Shown here piece by piece: positions 39,468-53,687 of a stretch of 64,000 nt of DNA. Both the position numbers and the translations under genes were made by a program. The stretch is from Eledone cirrhosa (Eukaryota), in assembly GCA_964016885.1 (NCBI GenBank), contig OZ024740.1, positions 381,982,001 through 382,046,000 on the forward strand. The letters are read 5' to 3'. Numbering within the stretch: the stretch's first letter is position 1; each line of letters opens with the position of its first letter. The notes under the pieces are model-generated. The model was not told the origin of the DNA, made no database searches, and saw only the letters and a list, made by a program, of their open reading frames with translations.

Positions 39468-39748
39468 ATATATACATATATATATAATCCCATATTGCGA
39501 TTATATATGTATATATGTATATATATATATGTTTGTATATATATATATGTGACAAAAACCACAGACCCTCCATCTCAACTCAAATTTTTAAAAGCACAAG
39601 AACTGCGAAACCGGTAAAGGAACCAAATAAATATATATATATTTTTTAAAATAAGACTCCAGTTGCATTTTCGATTTCATCTATTTTCCTTATACTTTCA
39701 CTCGTGTAGGACACCTCGGTTATTTTTCATTTTGTAAAAAAACCTCAG

Positions 39749-39800
<52 letters not shown>

Positions 39801-39805
<5 letters not shown>

Positions 39806-40152
39806 CTTTTACCTGTTAAAGCCATCTGTCTGAGGCCATGTTGGGGAACCACCCTCCTTGCTTCATTTTCTATAGCCAGCCTGCGTTGGCTGGCCACTGA
39901 TGTAAGAGGGAGTTCGTTGCTGCTGCCCTTAGTAAACCTTAATTCCGTGCTGTGGGTTCATCTGGAATTCCCAGATAGCAGAGTGTCAAGATGTTTCTTG
40001 AAAAGATCCACGTCAACATGAAGATCTCCCAATTTTATTGACAGTTTATTAAAAAGTTGAGGGCCTTTGAACCCCAGGATATAGCTATATCTGCTTCTTA
40101 CTCTATACGTGAAAGACGGGAGATTTGGGTCCACAGACTGACGCCCTTTTCG
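39801..40152 (-). mobile_element. CR1/L2-group LINE 3' fragment
   Basis: Minus strand: LGFKGPQLFNKL...VDLFKKHLDTLL...(frameshift) IPDEPT...RAAATNSLLHQ, then a 3' UTR abutting (TA)n. Confidence 0.65.
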
Positions 40153-40190
40153 AGAGTTGGTCTAGGATCTTCCATGTGTGTGTGTGTATG

Positions 40191-40237
<47 letters not shown>

Positions 40238-40255
40238 GTATGTATGTGTGTGTGT

Positions 40256-40311
<56 letters not shown>

Positions 40312-40576
40312 ATGTGTGTGCATGTGTGTGTGTATGTGTGTGTGTGCGTGTGTGTATGTGCATGCTACAAATGAGCACGATATTTGGAAGCTTCAAAATC
40401 TGTAAAATATTCCTTTTTGTTACAACTCTACCACCCTGAATTCGCCCTGTCAAAATATACTCATAATTATGAGTAATAATAAAAGTAATAATAAAAGTAC
40501 AATTACAATCCATTAATCCATTTTAATCCATTAATCCATTAATTCATTAATCCATTTTAATGGAACAGTAAAAGAA

Positions 40577-43230
40577 TGTAAAACATTTCAAAATTTCTGC
40601 ATGTGCACATATATAGATACAAAGCATATGCACCTGCACACATATAACTCAAATCCCCACATCCACACATACAATAATATCCATACTGGCATACACATCT
40701 ACCTAGTTGATGTTGTGTAAATCCCAATGTTAGGTCATGTATCTATGTTAGAAAAAAAATCTCTCTCTCTCTTGGTAAAAATTTATAAAATCATATAACC
40801 CGAAGAACATACATACATACATACATACACACAGGGCTTCATCTTGTCTGATGATAGCTGTCTCATATCATTTCAATCCCTCCAGCAAGTATACACCCTC
40901 CCATGTGCACTGAGTTGACTTTTCAATCTAGTATTGTATTTACAACGTGTTTGGTACAATTAACAGGTGTGTGCCAGTGTGTGTACTGGGTTTATTGGAC
41001 CATGATGTGAAATGCCATGAAATGCCATGTTAATGAACATTGTTTTTACCCAGATGTTGACTAGCGTATCTTGCTAAAACTTTGAGAAGGGAGATTTTCA
41101 ACATAGTCAGCCTATTTCATTGAGAACGACACGACGAATAATATTGCAATTCCAACAGTCAACATTTTCAAGCCTTAATAAATTACCCTCTTCTGGAGCC
41201 TGTTTAGCTCTGCTTTTACTTTTTATCGTTTCTTACTTTTCCCATGGATATCTAAACTACAATAAAGTAAGGAGCGCGGGACTAAGTACGGTTTATAATT
41301 TGTTATCCCTTTAGTAAAATAAGTTGGATTATTTGAATAAATAATGAAGGAATATTACATAATTTATCTACTACATTTGGTGGCTATTGATTAAATATAT
41401 TTTGTTTATTTAAAGATTCCCTTCTTTAAACTTTTCAAATGTCAACATTTCCGCTGGCGATCGCTTAAATAAACATACTAATTTTCTCCTTATGCAGTTT
41501 ATATATAATATCGTCTTTTTTAATGTATCAGGGTTACGTTATTGATTAAACAAGACAGTGTAACGCAGTCTTCCGTCAATTTCTATGTAATATATATTGT
41601 CAATTACAATTTTATTTGATGTATCATATCTACATGTATATATACCTGCGTATAATATCAATATACACACTACACTAGCTAGCAGAAAAACCACCCGAAG
41701 GATATTTTTTCTGCTAGTATATCTAATTCCAGACATTTTACATTTTCTTAAATACAATATTTGTACCTTTTGATAGACCTATGGTGTGGCCTTTTCCTTG
41801 ATCAAGCTCACGATAAAACATTTCCGTCGATAGATGTGCATCATCCTTGCAAAGAGGATGCCCTACCCAGCGCCTCTGACTGTTGATGACAAGGGAACAG
41901 ATTGTAGAGCACCTCGACTTTTGTAAAACATTATTATCAGGTGTCGTTGTTTTCCATTTAATATCTAGGATCTATCGAATGTACTTTTGGTGCAATCTTA
42001 TAAGAATCTCTCAAAATGCCGCTGCCCAGGTCTCTATTCTTCACATCAAACACAACAAACCTGTAAGTTCACATGCTTCATACACTGTTATTTTTGTCAT
42101 AAACTCCTGTCTGTTGACAGAGTACTACCAAAATACCAAAAAATAATCAATCATTGCCAGCCTAATCACATTCGCCCATATATATAGCACAACTTAAAGT
42201 TCTCCTTGTGTTAGAATTTGCATTACATTTGATTTGTTAAGCTTACAGTGAGTCCCGAATTAACACATGCTTCAGAAATGTTATCCATCGTGTAGAGCAA
42301 GTCTGATTCTTTATGTGAAACATAATCCGTATCATCGGCGTACAAAAAGTTCTGAAATTAACAGATTAAATGTCACAGATTTATTATTAAATCTTTTTTA
42401 AATAAAAGACTTGCCCAGGTTTTCGGAAACGCAGGTTTGTCTCGATTGCAGTTGTAGAGTTCATAAGCAAGGAGAATAGTGTTGGAGCAGGAATGTCTCT
42501 TTGCTTAACGCCATTGTCCACACAAATTTGTTCCGAGAGTTTTCTATTGAATACAGCTCTGCCCTTCATATCTCTAATTAGTTGTTTGAAGATCTGCAAT
42601 TCTTTCTGTGCACAGCCTAATATAATAAGAATGTCACAATAAGGCTTCTCTGTTAACTCTATCAAAAGCCTTTGTTAAATCGATAAAAAAAGCCTTAGTC
42701 AAATAGATAAAAAAAAAGGCATGTGCTTTCCTAAGCATTTTCTACCAGCTGTCTAGCTGAGTAAATCAGATCCACTGTTCCCCTCCTGCTTTGAAATCAG
42801 ATTGAGTTTCTGGAAGAATCAATAGACATATATTTTCGAAAAGGCAATTCAGCATCAGTCTAGATACTAGCTTTCAAATAGATTCCAGCATTGTGATCCC
42901 ACGGAGGTTGTTACAATTTGATTTTACATACATACATACATACATACACACATACATACATAAAAATATGTAAAACATTCCAATAATGTTGCATCTAATA
43001 ACTGCATATACACATATACAGATGCAAAGTATATACACATGCACACATGCAACTCAAAACATCCACATCCACACATACAATAACATCCACATCTACACAT
43101 GCATACACAACATCTACCTAGTTGATGTGTAAATTCTAATGAGAGATTATTGTGTCTATGTTAGAAACCGACTCTCTCTCCATTGGTAAAAGTTTGTGAA
43201 ATTATAAAACCAGAAGAACATACATACATA
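40577..43230. repeat. Diverged ~250-bp direct duplication (40577-40830 vs 42968-43230)
   Basis: Shared blocks include CATCCACACATACAATAA, CATCTACCTAGTTGATG, TCTATGTTAGAAA and GAAGAACATACATACA. Confidence 0.7.
41770..42925 (-). pseudogene. Decayed RTE (BovB-like) LINE reverse transcriptase
   Basis: Minus strand: NCNNLRGITMLES; LPETQSDFKAG; FIDLTKAFDRVNRE; NGVKQRDIPAPTLFS; FLYADDT; QRRWVGH. Confidence 0.8.
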
Positions 43231-46200
43231 TGGATGGGTGGGTGATTGTATGTGTTTTTCTTTGAAAATTAAGCAGAATACAAGCTCTTATTTTCAGTGT
43301 CCATGGTCTTGAGTTTTGTCCATTTTTATCCTTTTCTTCTTAGAGAAATATGGAATATAGCGTCCATTATTTCAGTTTAACTTATTGGCAAAACAACTAT
43401 GTAGAAACTGAGACTTTCATATCAATAAAAGGGGATCACTTGTTTTGTAGGTGAATTTCTATTTGATATCAGTTGCTACAATGTTGAGGAGATTTTCACT
43501 TGTTTTTAATTACATCCACTATCACTCCCACCCCAAAAGCAGCCGCCAGAGAGCCCCATGAATGAGAATTATTCTCTCCCTAATCTCTTATTCTCTGATA
43601 TGTATAGTATATTAATAGGATTAATGCGACCTGGCGGATAAAAGCACAATGATATTGTTATTTATTTCGATATTAAATTTTCACTCAGTTTTCGTTTTCT
43701 GGAGCAGTTCCGCTACAATGCGGGAGAGTTGTCAAAACGTTATTACTTCTAGTTTCTGAATTCAGTATCCTTTTACATAATATGAAATTATCTAGATTTC
43801 CGATATATTCCGTAGGTTGTCGGTCTTTTTCAAGAGAGATGTAATTCATTTTCGTTTTGTAATATTATTTTGATTGACTTCTGTAACTCAAATCAGCTGC
43901 TGAAAGTTTTATTAGAACACAGCACAGTAGGACGTTCAATGACCAAACGCTGGGAGCTTCAATTTGTGCTAGGTATTTATTAATTTATTTTACTTTTAAC
44001 AATTTCAGCCATCATGAATAACGTTAAGTCAATTGTTTTGCTATTGACTTGTGTCATAATTATTCTTTCATTTAGTTACTTGATGATATAAACGCAATAT
44101 ATTGTGGCGAGCTGTCATTTGAAGTAAATATATCCTGCACTTTAATCTATTTGCCTATTAGCATGCCCATATAATATCTAATCTCCTATCACAAGGTTAT
44201 TGTTTTAGTGGCGGTTTGAAGTTATAGCAATTAATCCATTTTTCTTTTACCTTAGATTCCCCGACTCATTGTCCTGAATTGAAGTAACGTTATATAAAAC
44301 AATGATTTCTCTAGCTAAGTTAGTATCAAAATAGTTAGTATAAATATTGTCAGAAATCTAATTATAAGTGAATAGAATGAGAGGAAAAAATTATTTTAAC
44401 TAACGACTAATGCTATTTTATTTTTTCCGTAAGTATGCGATGCTACAATGACAAAGTTTTGGAATGTTTCTTATCTTATCAGTAAAGCAAAGACTTCACC
44501 AAATTGTGTGGTGTAGAGATACCTGCATCCCTAATCAATATTGTACGCACTATAATGAATTTAATGTGATATTTGATAACTGAGTGACACCGAATTTGTT
44601 AAAACAATAGGTTAACATATTCAATAAGTATAGCATTAACATTTATCTAATGTTCTATTATTTGAAATATACCATTAGCAAACAAGGATTATTTAGTTTA
44701 ACCTTTTAGAACAGCTAACTTCTCCTGATGTCATATTGTAATCAACAACAAACAAATCCACAGTAGCAGCAACAACAATATAGTTCTCCCTTCTTTTAAG
44801 GTATTTGTATTTTTTGTATTTGTTTTCTTGTTCATGCTGCCATACGTTTTATCTGATACAAGATATTTTCACGTCTCGCCTGAGTTGCAACTCTTAGAAA
44901 AGATTGCGCTCCCTTCCTCCTTCTGACCAAACAGTTTCGTTGCACTTGTTATCCATCTTTTAATTCTGTTTGGTAAATGACATTTTTCAGTAATCTTATT
45001 TCATAATTGATCAGTGGGCCTGACCTAACAACAGAATACGTGAATGTTTACCAGAATATTCCTTGTGTACAATGCAGTGTTAGCAGATTCAATTGCACAG
45101 CAGAGTTCAACAGTGATTATCCGCTTTTAAGTATCACGCTTTATTTATGACCAAAACACTAACTCTTGAAAACGCAATGCTTTTTGCTGATTCAGGTTTT
45201 TAGTGATGATCGATGTAAGTTGTATTAAAAATGTAAAACTTGATCGAATTATTTTAACGTTCGTTTCTGGTTTTGAGTCCTTAGTGAGCTTCATTGATAG
45301 AAGTGAATGAACAAGTAAAAGAATCCTTAATTTCAACACTATAGACTCCCTACGTAACCACTCCTCCCATTGTATTCAAATATCTTATTTTACTTAGTTG
45401 TACGTCTTCTCAGAATATCACATTCTATTTGTATCGAGAAATATGGTATACATTACATGTATGTATGAATATGATTGTATATATGTATGTGTTTTCTCGT
45501 CCATAATTGCAGCTATGTACATAAGGAGTCAGTGTAAAATATCTTCCGAGCAGTGTAACAGAAGTTCAATATATAACATGTAACACTTTCTGAATTGTAT
45601 CTTTATTTTTTTACAATATCCTGAATACTTAACTCAAATCTTCGAACTTGATAAATCAAATGATTTCAGTGGGCTATGAATGTCAACAGCAGATTTCCCC
45701 TATGTAGTCATCACATCTCTCTTTCCCCTCCCTAATTTTCTTTCTTCCCTCGGATAACTTCCATACTTCATGTACCAAGAATCAACATAATATGTGAACG
45801 AGATAATATTGCTCTCATCAAATATGAACATTTCAAGATGGAAGAAAGCATCTAATGAAAGTATCAGGTTTCTTTTGTTAACATTTTATTTGACTTACGT
45901 ATTCATTACAATTTTAAAGAACATAAACATATTACCTTTCTTTTACACATCTCTTTTCGGCGATGTAGTTGAGACTATACAGAGAATCAATATTCTTGAA
46001 TGAACATGAAAGACAACCTTGTAATGTACTTAAATCTTAGGTGAATGGCCTTCGGAAATGAAGACAATATTTCTACAGAAAATATTTCAATCGATGCCAC
46101 TGAAATAAATTTTACAGAATATTTATCTACATTGGTAGTTAAATATCATATCTCAACCTATTTAACCGGATGATGCGATATTATTCAGGCTTTACAGAGC

Positions 46201-46414
46201 TACTGATGCATTCTGAATACTTATATTCAACCACATGCACAATTATTGTTGTTCATGCGGATTACATTGTGTATATACCCACTCCGAAAAACATAACTTT
46301 GCTGCATGCTTGAATGCCATGTAGGCACAGATCTGCTATTTAAAACATATTTAATTTGGGGCATTTTCGAATCTAATTTGTAATATTAAAAAACAAGGCA
46401 ATGTGTAACATAAT

Positions 46415-46536
46415 TGTTTCTACTTTTGGCACAAGGCCAGCAATTATCCAGTACATTACTGGTACTTTATTTTATCGACCACGTAAGGATGAAAGGCAAA
46501 GTTAACCTCGGCGGGATTTGAAATCAGACCGTAAAG
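46415..46536 (-). mobile_element. 5'-truncated SINE with a 12-bp TSD
   Basis: The TSD GTGTAACATAAT lies at 46403-46414 and 46537-46548. Confidence 0.9.
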
Positions 46537-46873
46537 GTGTAACATAATGTTTTCTAGCAAAGGCAAAATGAAATGTATTTAGTCAGAACGTATATTTTAC
46601 CGAACTCATGAGGAAGAAATGTAAAGTTTACCTCAACAAAGTTTGGCTTGCGAACATAAAGAAGAGATGCATAAATACTAAAAGTTATTTCGCCGATTGC
46701 ACTATCCTTTCTACTACGCTATCGTATCCATCATTTTGACAACCTTATGTAGAAAACCAAAATTCAGAAAATACAGATGTATGGCCGGCTCTAGTCTACG
46801 AGCTGTAATTTATGAGAAAAAGATTGGTTTTCATCATTATTGTTAATGTCCACATCTACTGTTATAATATAAT

Positions 46874-47037
46874 TGTTTCTACTTTAGGCACAAGGCCAGC
46901 AATTACCCAGTACATTACTGGTACTTTATTTTATCGACCCCGTAAGGATGAAAGGCAAAGTTAACCTCGGCGGGATTTGAACTCAGAATGTAAAGGAACG
47001 CAACTATGCTAGAAAGCATGGCGTCCAACCCTCTCCC
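46874..47037 (-). mobile_element. SINE with a 13-bp TSD
   Basis: The TSD GTTATAATATAAT lies at 46861-46873 and 47038-47050. Confidence 0.9.
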
Positions 47038-47569
47038 GTTATAATATAATCTTCATTAAACAGCATGCTAAGCTTCTAAAGTATAATCTTTGGAAATAAA
47101 AATCAAGAAGAGAAGAAGAAAAGAAATATAAATCCACAAATCTCTTGAAACTTTTAGAAACACATGTTAGTTTGTAATCTTATGAAATATAGGGAACTCT
47201 CTTAAGTAATTATATGTAACATAATTTTTTTCGTTTTTCATCTAGGCCCCCAGACATCATTGGTTTTACCAAAGGGGTGATCGAGATGAATAGAGCAACA
47301 AAGGCTATTATGTCTTACTAATATTGATATGAGTTATTAATGCTTCACCGCAGGCGAATCTAACTATTTCAAAGGTGTTCATTATTTCTTTGTGTGACAG
47401 GGTTTATTCTAGTAAGACTGTTTTTGAAGGGCACTGTTTAAAGGATGCATAGCCAATGTTATGTCATTAATAAAAGGGCCTCTTGTATAGAATATATGAG
47501 GTGACGTGTTAAATGAATTTGCAATGCAGGTAATGTTGTGCACAATTGAATGATACATGTTTTCTTTTG

Positions 47570-47745
47570 GATTGGCAGTATCGGTAGAGAGTCGGACACC
47601 ATGCTTTGAAGCATAAGGTTATGTCCCTTATTGATCTGAGTAATCCCGCCGAGGTTAACTTTGCCTTTCATCCTTACGGGGTCGATAAAATAAAGTACCA
47701 GTAATACACTGGATAATTGCTGGCCTTGTGCCAAAAGTAGAAACA
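47570..47745 (+). mobile_element. tRNA-derived SINE copy
   Basis: Colinear with the family consensus. The B box is damaged. Confidence 0.88.
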
Positions 47746-47999
47746 TTTATATTTAATTTCACACCATAGCCCTAATTAATCATTTTCTCTGTTAATTTAG
47801 TATTAATTTATTTAATGCATTGATCATTAAAAATGTTAACCAGAAATAATTAGACTTCCTTTTGCACTTGATGAAATAGTCATGAGAGCATCTCTATGCA
47901 AATATTCAATAGAAAAGTTAGTTTGTTTTAGAAAATATATTGCGGAAAAAAATTAATCAGCAATCTCATTTGCCTTATATCGGCAGTTAATAATCTCCA

Positions 48000-49170
48000 T
48001 TGTCTGTAATGAAATCCATGAGCGTTTGGGTAGAGGTCTTGGATTTACTATGACATCACGCGCAGACTGGTTGACGATCGATTTAAAGATCTTCCAGTTG
48101 TCCGCGTCGTCCTTGGCTGAAGCGATTCACGATTAAACACGCAAATGTAGAGGTGATGAAGAGATGACGGATACAGCATAAATCAAGGCGGGGCTGGTTC
48201 TTAATGGCATGGTCCGCCCACAACATTCACATCCACGTCGCAGCCAGCCATTGCTGGGCGGTATTGCTGAGGTGAGCTCTTCTGTAGATCCGGCAGTTGG
48301 GAACAAACGCCCTGCAGCGTCAGGAGATCATGATATGGTTGATCGCCTTAGGGATGTAGCTGCTCACAATATACCAGGTCCTGTGTTGGATGAGTTTGCG
48401 GTGGAACCAGGTGTCATAGATTCAGAGATTATTGTAGTGGCACACGTACATCAGGCGATGTCCATTGTCATTGGAGAATTGGTCAGCAAAGTTTGTTCCA
48501 ATGGGCTGAGTCTGCAATGGATTAGTAGGAAGCGACCTGGCGGAAGAAGAGATGGTAGCATTGGCGTCCGTTAATATGATGTCATGTGGTGGGGATTGTC
48601 CTAAAACAGGTTTTATTTGGTCTTTCTATTCGACCTATACAGTGCCCTCTGCGGCTTCTGTAGGGGCATAGACAAAGAGGGTAATCATGTTCCCGTGAAG
48701 TTGGAGAAAATGGGCGGACAGCAAACACTCGCTCATCGGGTTCCAGCAGATGAGCGACTTACAGACGTACTTTGGCGTGGCCACTGCCAGGCTGCAGAGG
48801 CCCGTACGGTCCTCACAGCCATTCCAGATGAGGCAGTCGTCTCTCGTCAGGATACTCCACTGACAGGCCAGTATGTCTCGCAGAGACCGGTCAGTGTGAT
48901 ATTGACATGATAGCTCTCGGGACAGCTGAGTGGCTGTCTCGTGTCGAAGGGGCGAAAAGATATTCCATGAGGTAACACGAATTTTCTAGCGTAAGTCAAT
49001 TTCTCGTTGGTGGTTGTGGGGATGGGAGTTCAGGGACCCCTGCCGCTGTTGGACAGGCCAATTTATTCTGGTCTATCTTGCAATAGGCTGGTGGTTCCCT
49101 CTGGGCGGGTTGTTGGTTGGAACCTCCCCAGGAGACCAGTGTGCCTAGTGTGGTCCTACCAGCAACAATG
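48000..49170 (-). pseudogene. RTE-clade LINE 5' remnant (5' UTR + APE endonuclease), decayed
   Basis: Minus strand: KIRVTSWNI...QLSREL; TGLCETYWP; WNPMSECLLSAHF...TLFVYAPTEAA; NDNGHRL...DTWFHRK...RTWY; INHIMIS; CRIYRRA. GC-richer than the flanks. Confidence 0.8.
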
Positions 49171-50419
49171 TTCCATGAAAAACGAACATATCACTCGCTA
49201 TGCCCCCACCCACACAACACACAATAATAAAAAGAGAAAATACTGTACAACAGGGTAAGACGAGTAAACATTATAAGGAGAAGCTAATATCCCACACATG
49301 AAAATATATTTTTGAGTTCGTTGTAACACAGATCTACGTTGATATTAGTTAGTATTATACCAATAATCATTAGAACATTGTGTCGATGTAAAAATATACA
49401 TGAGCAGTACGCAAGAAAATGCGAACGATTCAAACAATGTCAGCATCAACATGTGTTATACAATACAATATTATTACTTCTAACTCAACATTTTGCTCGG
49501 TATAAACATTTTGTCGCCATGTAATAACCGCCAATTAACTTGATAACCTAAATGGAAATATGTATATATGTATATATATATAAACAGACAAAAGAACATA
49601 TATAGGGTAACATATAAATATACTAAGCATATATTAATCTGTTGTAACGCAATTCCCAAAATTACACCCCTTAACACTTCCGAATGTGAGTAAGCTATAA
49701 ACTTTCTCTTTAGCTACATAAAATGTGTTGTGTCAGTTTGATCTAGAATGCTATGTTATATCTCTTTAAATTGACTTGATAGACATGTCGCTATTATTAA
49801 CGTCAAATTGTCTCTTTCACTGGATGACCATTTACCAAACATGTCACAGATTGTATGGGATCTGGAACACATGGCGTTCATATCTACTCTTCTCTTGAAT
49901 ATCAATTGCGACGAGAAGGGACCAGCTAATATCATGATGTTCTTAATTCAACAACATGTATTATTTGCATATTTAAATCTGAACGCAAGCCATTCCCAAA
50001 CAAAAATATTAATTTCTGGGTCTTTTAAAAATATTTCCGTAATTTTAGTCTGTACTATAATGGTAAAGAAATCGCTATGCTCTAATACGTATAATAGTAA
50101 TTTAAATCATAAGAAACATAGATATTTGAATATATCAGTATCGAATCCAGTATGCGGGCTAACGAGTATTACGAATGTCAAGTCTATCTATTTCAGACCA
50201 GCGTGAAGTTTCTCAGAACGCTATTTTCCATACTTGCAATACTTCCATCGGCCTTAATAATTAAAAATATTTTAAAATCCTGTCTTGTTATGCTTTCCTA
50301 TGCTTTCATGAATGTAGCCTAATTTCAACTTCATATCTTAAAATATTGACCGTAATAAATGTTGCTATTCAGAACAATGATATTGAGGTTGAGCCGCTCT
50401 ACTTTCAATGAATATTATT

Positions 50420-50725
50420 GATTGGCAGTATCAGTAGAGAGTCAGACGCCATGCTTTCCAGCATAGTTACGTCCCTTTACGGTCTGAGTTCAAATCCCGA
50501 CAGGTTAACTTTGCCTTTCATCCTTACGGGGTCGATAAAATAAAGTACCAGTAATGTACTGGATAATTGCTGGCCTTGTGCCAAAAGTAGAAACAATTAT
50601 TTTACAGTCTGAGTTCAAATCGCGCCGAGGTTAACTTTGCCTTTCATCCTTACGGGGTCGATAAAATAAAGTACCAGTAATGAACTGAGTAATTGCTGGC
50701 CTTGTGCCTAAAGTAGAAACAATTA
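50420..50725 (+). mobile_element. Two tandem SINE copies (second one 5'-truncated)
   Basis: The first copy spans about 50420-50595. The second restarts at TTTACAGTCTGAGTTCAAATC (about 50601) after an ATTAT linker. Confidence 0.88.
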
Positions 50726-50917
50726 TTTTATTACAAATTCATATCATAACATTTTGGCTGGAATAATTTTGCTGTTCAGTTTACTCTTTATATGAAGAAC
50801 ATTTCATGAGGTATGGTGGAATGATTCAAATTTGCCCTATTTAATTTCAGGGGGCATGTTAACTGTAGGTATGTCTCCGGTTCTCGTGCGACAAATAAGA
50901 ATCGGTAACAAGTAATG

Positions 50918-51133
50918 GTTTCTGATTTAGATTACAAAGTCAACAATTTTTAGGGAAAGAGAAATTCGATTAAATTCACCTCACGCATTAATGGTACTTT
51001 AATTTATCGACCACGTAAAGATGAAAGGCAAAGCTTACATCGGCGGGATTTGAATTCAAAACGTAAAGGGCCATAACTCTATGCCGCTAACCATGTTGTC
51101 CGACGCTCTACCAATTCTGCCAATCCATTGCCC
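50918..51133 (-). mobile_element. Divergent/longer SINE subfamily copy
   Basis: Shares the head, B box and central domain, with an extra segment before the 3' end. Confidence 0.7.
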
Positions 51134-51176
51134 TCAATAATGGCATGCCAAAAATTAACATTGGCACGAGCGTATG

Positions 51177-51233
<57 letters not shown>

Positions 51234-52113
51234 TCCCCATCCCTCTCTCTCTCTATCCCTCTCTTTCTCTCTTTCTCCCTCTCGCTTATCATCATTTCTC
51301 ATTTATATGTGTGCCTTTTTAGATAACAGTGTTGAACCACTATGTGAAATAATAGGTATTAAAATCGTCATGTATCTTCTGCGAATCTTATGTCACTGGT
51401 GTATGAAATTTATATTATGGTTACAAAAATTATCATCTGTTTAAGTTATATTTAAGACAGGAAGTTGTACTGTTTTAATGGAAGACCCATAAAACGTGGC
51501 GGCTGGTTTCTACAAGATTCTTCTGCTGAATGGAAATATTTTCGTACAAAGCCAGATGTCGAGTAACCGCAGCGTCCATTCATATTTCTTCAATTTTAAT
51601 TGGAATATTGCTGTTAGTTGCATACATTTTTAATGGATATAGTTTCTAAATTATACGATGTATTAATTTTGTAAACTTTTAGTCCAAAATCCAAATTACA
51701 TTCATGAATTCGAGTTGCCTCTAATATATAGGAGGATAGTCACGGCTGATTGGCTGTTTTCTTCACACTGCATATTAAAGTAGCGGGGTACAATGTGTAT
51801 GTACAAACATTAAACATCACTCTTCTCAGGCATTTTCTCCTTAGACATTGATGACGTATATAATGTGAGTATAATTCCTTTTTTTCTGTATTAGACAAGA
51901 ATCAGGATACAAAATAAGATCGAAATATTTCTGATCTTCACCAGGCTGGCTTATAGACAAGAACCAATCCCATTGACTTGTCTGTCTCAAACAGCTTTAA
52001 TTAGCAAGGGCTATAGTAGTTTTCAGCAGCCATGGAAAGAGTTTATGACATCATTTAAGACGACAGTCTCGGATGATGGGGCCCTCTTTCTCCTTCACCA
52101 CATGTAAGCAGCA

Positions 52114-52196
<83 letters not shown>

Positions 52197-52202
52197 TCTC
52201 TC

Positions 52203-52240
<38 letters not shown>

Positions 52241-52258
52241 GGCACACAAACACACACA

Positions 52259-52321
<63 letters not shown>

Positions 52322-52444
52322 GGAGGTGAGTTTTATTGTAGTACAATAAAGCAATGCAGATATCGGATAAGAAGCACTCTACAGTTTGTAGGACTGGAGT
52401 ATACATAATATAAGATCAAAAGATGGTTAAAGGAGTTCCATGTA

Positions 52445-52512
52445 TTTTATTATGCGCATTTCAAAAACAAACATCATCATGCAATAATATTTGTGTTTTC
52501 ATCAGATAAAAC
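52445..52512 (-). ncRNA. Minimal type I hammerhead ribozyme (mirror copy)
   Basis: Reverse complement of 53588-53655. Confidence 0.8.
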
Positions 52513-53587
52513 AGGAGAACATGATATGAAGGCTAAAAAACACTTGTGGATAGTGCAGTTTTAAATCAACATATGAAAAGTGGTTTTAGATTGATGTGTG
52601 ATATTGGGAAAAATATTTCATTTAGAGAGGGGGGTGGAAAGGATGAAAAGGGGGAGGAGATGAGAGGGAGAGATGGGTGATAGAGAGAAAGTGATAGTTT
52701 TTATAACTGAGAGAAGATATATTGTTTTACATAGAGAGGTTGAAAACCGTTGGAAGATAATGTATAAATTAAAAGAATTTGAAAATTAACGAAGGGAATT
52801 TATGTATGAAGATAGAGAGAAAAAATAATAATTGTGGATGAATATTCTGACGTCAAAAAAAGTGTATGTTGATAAGTATTGTGGCAATTTCAAAATTAAC
52901 GAAGAGAAAAAATTATTATTCTACACACAAACCTTAATAATTATTATTCTACACACAAACCTTAATAATTTTTTCTCTTCGTTAATTTTGAAATTGCCAC
53001 AATACTTATCAACATACACTTTTTTTGACGTCAGAATATTCATCCACAATTATTATTTTTTCTCTCTATCTTCATACATAAATTCCCTTCGTTAATTTTC
53101 AAATTCTATTAATTTATACATTATCTTCCAACGGTTCTCAACCTCTCTATGTAAAACAATATATCTTTTCTCAGTTATAAAAACTATCTCTTTCTCTCCA
53201 TCACCCATCTCTCCCTCTCCACCTTCACTCTCATCTCCTCCCCCTTTTTTCATCTTTTCCACCCCCCTCCCTAAATAAAATATTTTTTCCTCGTACATAT
53301 CTTCCCTTCGTTAATTTTCAAATTCTTTTAATTTATACATTATCTTCTAACGGTTTTCAACCTCTCTATGTAAAACAATATATCTTCTCTCAGTTATAAA
53401 AACTATCTCTTTCTCTCTATCTCCCATCTCTCCCTCTCATCTCCTCCCCTTTTTCATCCTTTCCACCCCCCTCTCTAAATAAAATATTTTTCTCAATATC
53501 ACACATCAATCTAAAACCACTTTTCATATGTTGATTTAAAACTGCACTATCCACAAGTGTTTTTTAGCCTTCATATCATGTTCTCCT

Positions 53588-53655
53588 GTTTTATCTGATG
53601 AAAACACAAATATTATTGCATGATGATGTTTGTTTTTGAAATGCGCATAATAAAA
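53588..53655 (+). ncRNA. Minimal type I hammerhead ribozyme
   Basis: GTTTTAT CTGATGA AAACAC...TGTTTTT GAAA TGCGCA TA ATAAAA. Confidence 0.8.
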
Positions 53656-53687
53656 TACATGGAACTCCTTTAACCATCTTTTGATCT

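Noticed and set aside
48209-48910. Plus-strand ORFs of 121 and 97 aa
   Set aside because: They are antisense shadows of the minus-strand RTE endonuclease remnant.
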